From positions 1-25,980 of the forward strand of contig NW_021836447.1 of NCBI RefSeq assembly GCF_006345805.1: a stretch of 25,980 nucleotides of DNA. Direction: 5' to 3'. The notes beneath the pieces are model-generated. The model made no database searches, was not told the DNA's origin, and worked only from the letters and a program-made list of their open reading frames with translations. Made by a program: the position numbers and the translations under genes. The stretch is from Octopus sinensis. Its lineage: Eukaryota. The stretch's first letter is position 1. Every line of letters starts with the position of its first letter. Of this stretch, positions 20,927-25,980 are shown piece after piece.

Positions 20927-22010
20927 CCGGTTTCAGCCAATTTTAAAGATTTAGTTACGCTGAAATAAATAGGGGAAATAAATAATAAAAGTGGTGGTGG
21001 TGGTGTGGTGTGGGGGAAAATTACATTAAGTTATTCTGGTTTTGTTTCAAAAATCATTATGCACTGCCATTCCGCTTACATCTGATTCTGAAGGGTCGTA
21101 ATATCCCCAGCAGCGGTCAAGCAATGTCTGTTGTCCTTGTTTATATATGCAGAATGACGAAAAATATTTATTGTCACTTTTACAACTGATAGTTCAATTT
21201 TCATTTATTTTTCTGAAATAATGAAGGTGAGAGAAACTAAATTTTGCAAAAAGAAAATCTTCCCTACAAGGCTACTGGAAACTTGAAAACGCAGTCGAAA
21301 TGCAAAGACCCTTTAGGAGGGAATTTCAAGCAGATCACCCTACGCGATTTACCATGGCTCGAATTACAGATAAGTTCGAAGCTGATGGGATTGTACGGAA
21401 CGTCCATAAGAAACGTTTCAGATGAACATAGAATAAAAAAAAATCTGGCACGCTGTCGGTTACGATGACAACTGTTCCGGTTGATCCGACCAACGGAACA
21501 GCCTGCTCGTGAAATTTAACCTGCAAGTGGCTGAGTACTCCACAGACGTGTGTACCCTTAACGGAATTCTCAGGGAGATCCAGTGTGATATAGAATGTGA
21601 CAAGGCTGGCCCTTTTGAAATACTAGTACTATTGATTTTGCTAGCTGAGTGGACTGAAGCAACGTGAAATTAAGTGTCTTGCTCAAGGACACAACGCGTC
21701 GCCGGGAATTGAACTGATGATCTTACGATCGTGAGCTGAATCCGCTAACCACTAAGCCACCCGCATTCCCTACGGATGTCATGAAGCCGCATAAAGCAAG
21801 AATGAGTAAAAGAAACGTTTTGCCGGTTTTGAAGAAAATTTGTGCGGTAGGTGAGCCATGAGATACGAATTTCAAAATCAAGGGTCCACCGCATTTTGAT
21901 AAACAAACATCAAGAAAGACCCTAACCATAATAGTTCCTGTTATCAATGAAGATGATCCGGACGCAAAAAGTGGAGTTTTGCCAGTGGTACTTGACAGGG
22001 TGTATAGAAG
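20927..22010 (+). mobile_element. Decayed Tc1/mariner-superfamily 5' fragment (DUF4817-type HTH N-terminus), interrupted by a SINE
   Basis: 21237-21425 reads LNFAKRKSSLQGYWKLENAVEMQRPFRREFQADHPTRFTMARITDKFEADGIVRNVHKKR; after the SINE, VR*VSHEIRISKSRVHRIL and NEDDPD(fs)VEFCQWYL; putative left end TA-CCGGTTTCAGCC at 20925. Confidence 0.6.
21431..21770 (-). mobile_element. tRNA-derived SINE family C, full length
   Basis: Reverse-complement head GGTGGCTTAGTGGTTAG (A-box) and CAGTTCAATTCCCGG (B-box), GTCCTTGAGCAAGACAC core, poly-T end. Confidence 0.8.
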
Positions 22011-22015
22011 GGTGT

Positions 22016-22159
22016 ATACGCAACTGGTACTTAATTTATCGATGAAAAGATGAAAGGCAAAGTTGACCTCGGCAGAATTTGAACTCAGAACGTAAAGGCA
22101 GACAAAAAAAACCGCTAAGCATTTCGCCCGGCGTGCTAACGATTCCGCCAGCTCTACGC
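22016..22159 (-). mobile_element. SINE family B fragment
   Basis: Reverse complement gives GAGCTGGCGGAATCGTTAGCACGCCGGGCGAAATGC...GTTCTGAGTTCAAATTCTGCCGAGG. Confidence 0.75.
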
Positions 22160-22194
22160 CTTAGCTCGATCAAATTTTGCTTTGCTCTGATGGC

Positions 22195-23145
22195 AAACTG
22201 GCTGGCAGGCCGGCGGCTCGAGTTACCTGGCTGGTTGGCTGGCTGGTTGGTGAGGCGGCTGGTTGGTCGGTTAGTTGGTTGGTTAGTTGGTCGGATGGAA
22301 TATTGGCTGTACGGATGGGTGGTTGGAGCGGCTGGCCGGAACGCTGGTTGGTTCGTTAGTGTAGATTTGGAAGTCTTGGCTGAGTGGCTGTCTTGTTAGT
22401 TTGTTGGTTGGTGCCATAATAATAGACTTGCCACAGCAAGAGAGAATGGTCACGCTTCATAAAGTCGAAGCTATGAACGGTGGCGATATTCCCCACCACC
22501 ACCACCACCATCACCTCAGCCACAACTAACACCACCACCTCAGCCACAACCATCACCACGACCACCAACAATACCATCATCATCATCAACACCACCGCCA
22601 ACAGCACCAACACTACCACAGCCACCAATACCAATAACATCATCACCACAACCACCACCACCACCACTACTACTATCATCATTATCATCTCCACAGCCGA
22701 CACCAATACCACCATCATTACCATCCCCACCACCACAACCAGAACCACAGCTACCACCGCCACCAACATCATCACCACAGCCTCAACCACAATCACCAAC
22801 AACACCACAATCACCACTACAGCCACAGCCGACACCAACACCACCGTCATCTGCACCACCAACACTAACACCACCATCACCACCACCAACAACAACAACA
22901 CCATCACCACAATCACGACCACAGCCACAGCTGACACCACCGTCATCAGCACCACCACCATCACCACCACATCACCACCACCACATCACCACCACCACCA
23001 CCATCACTGTCACTACCACCACATCACCACCACCACCACCACATCACCACCACCACCACCACATCACCACCACCACCACCATCAGTGTCACTACCACCAC
23101 CACCACCACTATCACCATCACTGTCACCATCACCACTACCACGAC
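22195..23145. repeat. (GGCT/GGTT)n tract followed by degenerate (CAC)n tract
   Basis: Direct reading. Confidence 0.85.
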
Positions 23146-23331
23146 AGCCATCTCTTAAAATCAGCCTCTTTACGTGATTAGGTCACATGGCCGTTGTTTC
23201 CCCAATTCTCTGTTTTTCCCTCTTGCAACGGCAGGACAACATTTTGCAGCTCGGAAATAATCTCAGATTACAAACTCATCATCTGTGTATGTGAGTTTGT
23301 GTGTGTGTTTGTGTGTGAGTGCGTGAGTGTT

Positions 23332-23362
<31 letters not shown>

Positions 23363-23477
23363 GTGAATGCGTGAGTGTTTGTGTGTGCGTATGTGTTTGT
23401 GAGTGTGTGTGTGTGTGTGTGTGTGCGTGCGTGCGCGTCTGTACGTAAATGTGCCTTCATGTACATTCATATATTCT

Positions 23478-23615
23478 TCTTATTCTTTTACTTGTTTCAG
23501 TCATTTGACCGCGGCCATGCTGGAACGCCGCCTTTAGTCGAACAAAACGACCAATCGTAGTACTTATTCTTTGTAGTCGTAGTACTTATTCTATCGGCCT
23601 CTTTAACAGATTCGT
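23478..23615 (-). mobile_element. SINE family A 3' fragment
   Basis: GTTTCAGTCATTTGACCGCGGCCATGCTGGAACGCCGCCTTTAGTCG is the reverse complement of the family A tail. Confidence 0.75.
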
Positions 23616-23695
23616 AAACATGCCAGACATCATAGATGGCGCTTCGTCGAGTACGTATCTCAGTTATCAGTGCTCTCAAATTTAAAATTTGAAAT

Positions 23696-23772
23696 ACTGT
23701 ACTGATGAAGGCAATAATTGAGTAGAAATCTTGTGATTTTACATCTTTTTAATCCCGAAACGCGTATACAGT
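23696..23772 (+). ncRNA. Type I hammerhead ribozyme motif with extended stem II
   Basis: ACUGUA-CUGAUGA-[48 nt]-GAAA-CGCG-UA-UACAGU: perfect 6-bp stem I, intact core, palindromic ACGCGU stem III, GUA site. Confidence 0.8.
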
Positions 23773-24044
23773 TAGACAAAGCCGGATGGATTCGTTATTT
23801 TTTCTCTTTACCTGCGTGAGTTGTAGAGTATTGCTGTGTGGGAGATATCTTATGGTAGCAGAATAGTATTTTAACTGCTATTTCTAAATTTCGGTATGTG
23901 GTGAAGCAAATTTTGCTGAACCCTAATTATGATTATGCTCATAATTATAGATATTTTGTATAAATTTACCCATAATGGTTCTTTTTTAACATACCGAACT
24001 ACTTGGTAAAATTATTAATTATTAATTAATTAATTTTACCCTTT

Positions 24045-24076
<32 letters not shown>

Positions 24077-24090
24077 TTTGTATATATATA

Positions 24091-24245
24091 TAGGGAAAGT
24101 TTACGAAAAAACAAAAGACGAAGACAGGTGGTGTACAAAACAAACAGATGTATTAGTATAATGCTCAGGAATAGAAAAAGTCTTTTACGTTTCGAGCCTA
24201 CGCCCTTCTACAGAAAGGTACACAGAAAAACAAGGAGAGAAAAAT
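24091..24245 (-). mobile_element. Short dispersed repeat with minimal hammerhead-like motif (24182-24217), copy 3
   Basis: CUUU-CUGUAGA-A-GGGC-GUAG-GCUC-GAAA-CG-UA-AAAG; flanks match 10103-10295. Confidence 0.6.
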
Positions 24246-24319
24246 GTATATATTTATATGTATATATATATAAGGTGTGGGCTGTTGGCAATTTTTCTCC
24301 TTCCTTTTTCCTATGTCAA

Positions 24320-24356
24320 TGTTTCCGAAGAAGAGCTATGCTTGAAACGTAAAGCA
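24320..24356 (+). ncRNA. Minimal hammerhead-like motif (CCGAAGA variant)
   Basis: UGUUU-CCGAAGA-A-GAGC-UAU-GCUU-GAAA-CG-UA-AAGCA. Confidence 0.5.
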
Positions 24357-24612
24357 ACCACTCTTTCCTTCTCCGATGGTTTTATTAACATTTTGCATAT
24401 CCTACGTCCTCACGTTGTTGTTTTTTTTTACTTGTCTTTTTCTTTGTTTTCGAATCAACTATTTATATATATATTAAGTATATATATATATATATATATA
24501 GATATATATATATATATAATATACATGTACATATATACATATACATATATGCCATACACAACACACACACACACAACACACACACACATATATACACACA
24601 CATGTACAGCTT

Positions 24613-24664
<52 letters not shown>

Positions 24665-25784
24665 ATATTATATATATATATATATCTGTGTGTTTGTGTG
24701 TGCGCGAGTGTATCTGTGTATGCGTGTACTCTTAGTGTACGTACGTAGACTCTCCTGCATCATTAGACGTCCGAGTATATTTAGGACGTAATATTAATGG
24801 TGGTCTTAAAATATAATGCAATGCATTGTTATGGAAAACAACAAAAACAACAACAACAACAATAAAAATCGTTACGCAGGCGTCAATTATCATTCAGAAT
24901 ATACAATCTGTAAACATTTCTCTCGGTGAGACTAGTGTTGGCATATATATGTTTTTCACTTCTTTTGTCTATAATTTTGATTCTGCTCAAAACGATTAAT
25001 TTTTTCGCCTCTTTTCACTTCTTTTTTATTTATTTAAAAATATTTTATCGTTAGTCGTATAAGCAACGCCATTTTCCTTCATTTCTTTATGAATAATATT
25101 CATCTCGATAACTTTTTTTTATTTATTTATATGTAGACAGACTTTCATGATATTTTGCTTTAATTTTATAATGTTTTTTTTCTCCATTTTATCTGTTTTG
25201 CTTCTTGGAATATAGACATGACATGTAATGTCTTAGGTTTCGACTATTAAATGTAGGAAATTTAAGCGAATTAGCGGCGACAATTTAACTGTTTTTCTTG
25301 TGATTGATTTACTATCTTTCTGGCTGTCATATCTCACAATAGAACTGAAAAAAAAGCTTTCTATTTCATCACGGGAAGCTACTAGAGAAACTAGACGGCA
25401 TTAATAACAACCTTCATTTCGATACTCAGTAATTTGCCAGTTTTCCTTATTCTGAATACGTTCAATGTTAAACCCAATCTATTATAATATTATTGGCTGG
25501 TTTCGGTTTTATGTGATTCCTGGGGAAAATATGGCGGTTTGTTACTTTACAATTTTGTTTTTTTTTTTGTCAACCGCTGTCTGACACACTTTTCCCCTGT
25601 TCATGTAAGTGGTCATTATACGTTTGTCATCCATCTACTGGCCTTCAGGTTAATGCAAAACATGATGATGATGATGATAATAATAATGCCCTGATGCAGC
25701 ACCAGACGGTGGCTCTCATTGCAAGTGGTGGTGAGCTACAAACGCAGACACAAACAGAAGGCCGTACACACACACACAGGTATG

Positions 25785-25831
<47 letters not shown>

Positions 25832-25939
25832 ATATATATGCCGTTCTCTTTGAGACCGACGAGTTCTGTAAGGAGCTTACGAAACTTCAATCGCTTGGGG
25901 CCAATCAACCTGTTTTAAACAACAACAACAATAACACAC

Positions 25940-25980
<41 letters not shown>

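Noticed and set aside
24760-25600. AT-rich unique stretch as a promoter or exon
   Set aside because: No ORF, TIR or motif cluster that I can support from sequence alone
25850-25920. CCGACGA...GTAAG-GAG-CTTAC-GAAAC hammerhead-like motif
   Set aside because: Five-nt insertion before the hairpin and no credible stems I and III

Overview
Animal, repeat-saturated, AT-rich non-coding DNA (intergenic or intronic). The SINE families resemble those I recall from octopus/coleoid cephalopods; this is inference, not a database match. I see no supportable host-gene exon, and nearly all long ORFs in the track are microsatellite translations. Contents: a full-length 1,286-bp mariner with TIRs and TA duplication, two CR1-type LINE fragments, a HERO-like RLE retrotransposon fragment, a decayed DUF4817-type Tc1/mariner fragment, three SINE families (one as a 5-copy tandem array) and many simple repeats. 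The most notable signal is RNA-level: seven type-I hammerhead-ribozyme-like motifs plus one partial copy, in two architectures. Long-stem-II forms lie in a ~470-bp tandem-plus-inverted repeat (2218-3353, minus strand) and at 23696-23772 (plus). Minimal ACGU-stem-III forms lie at 6611, 10200, 24182 and 24320. This fits Penelope-like pseudo-LTR or retrozyme-type non-autonomous elements; activity is untested. Divergence between repeat copies is indel-dominated, so some features may reflect unpolished long-read sequence.
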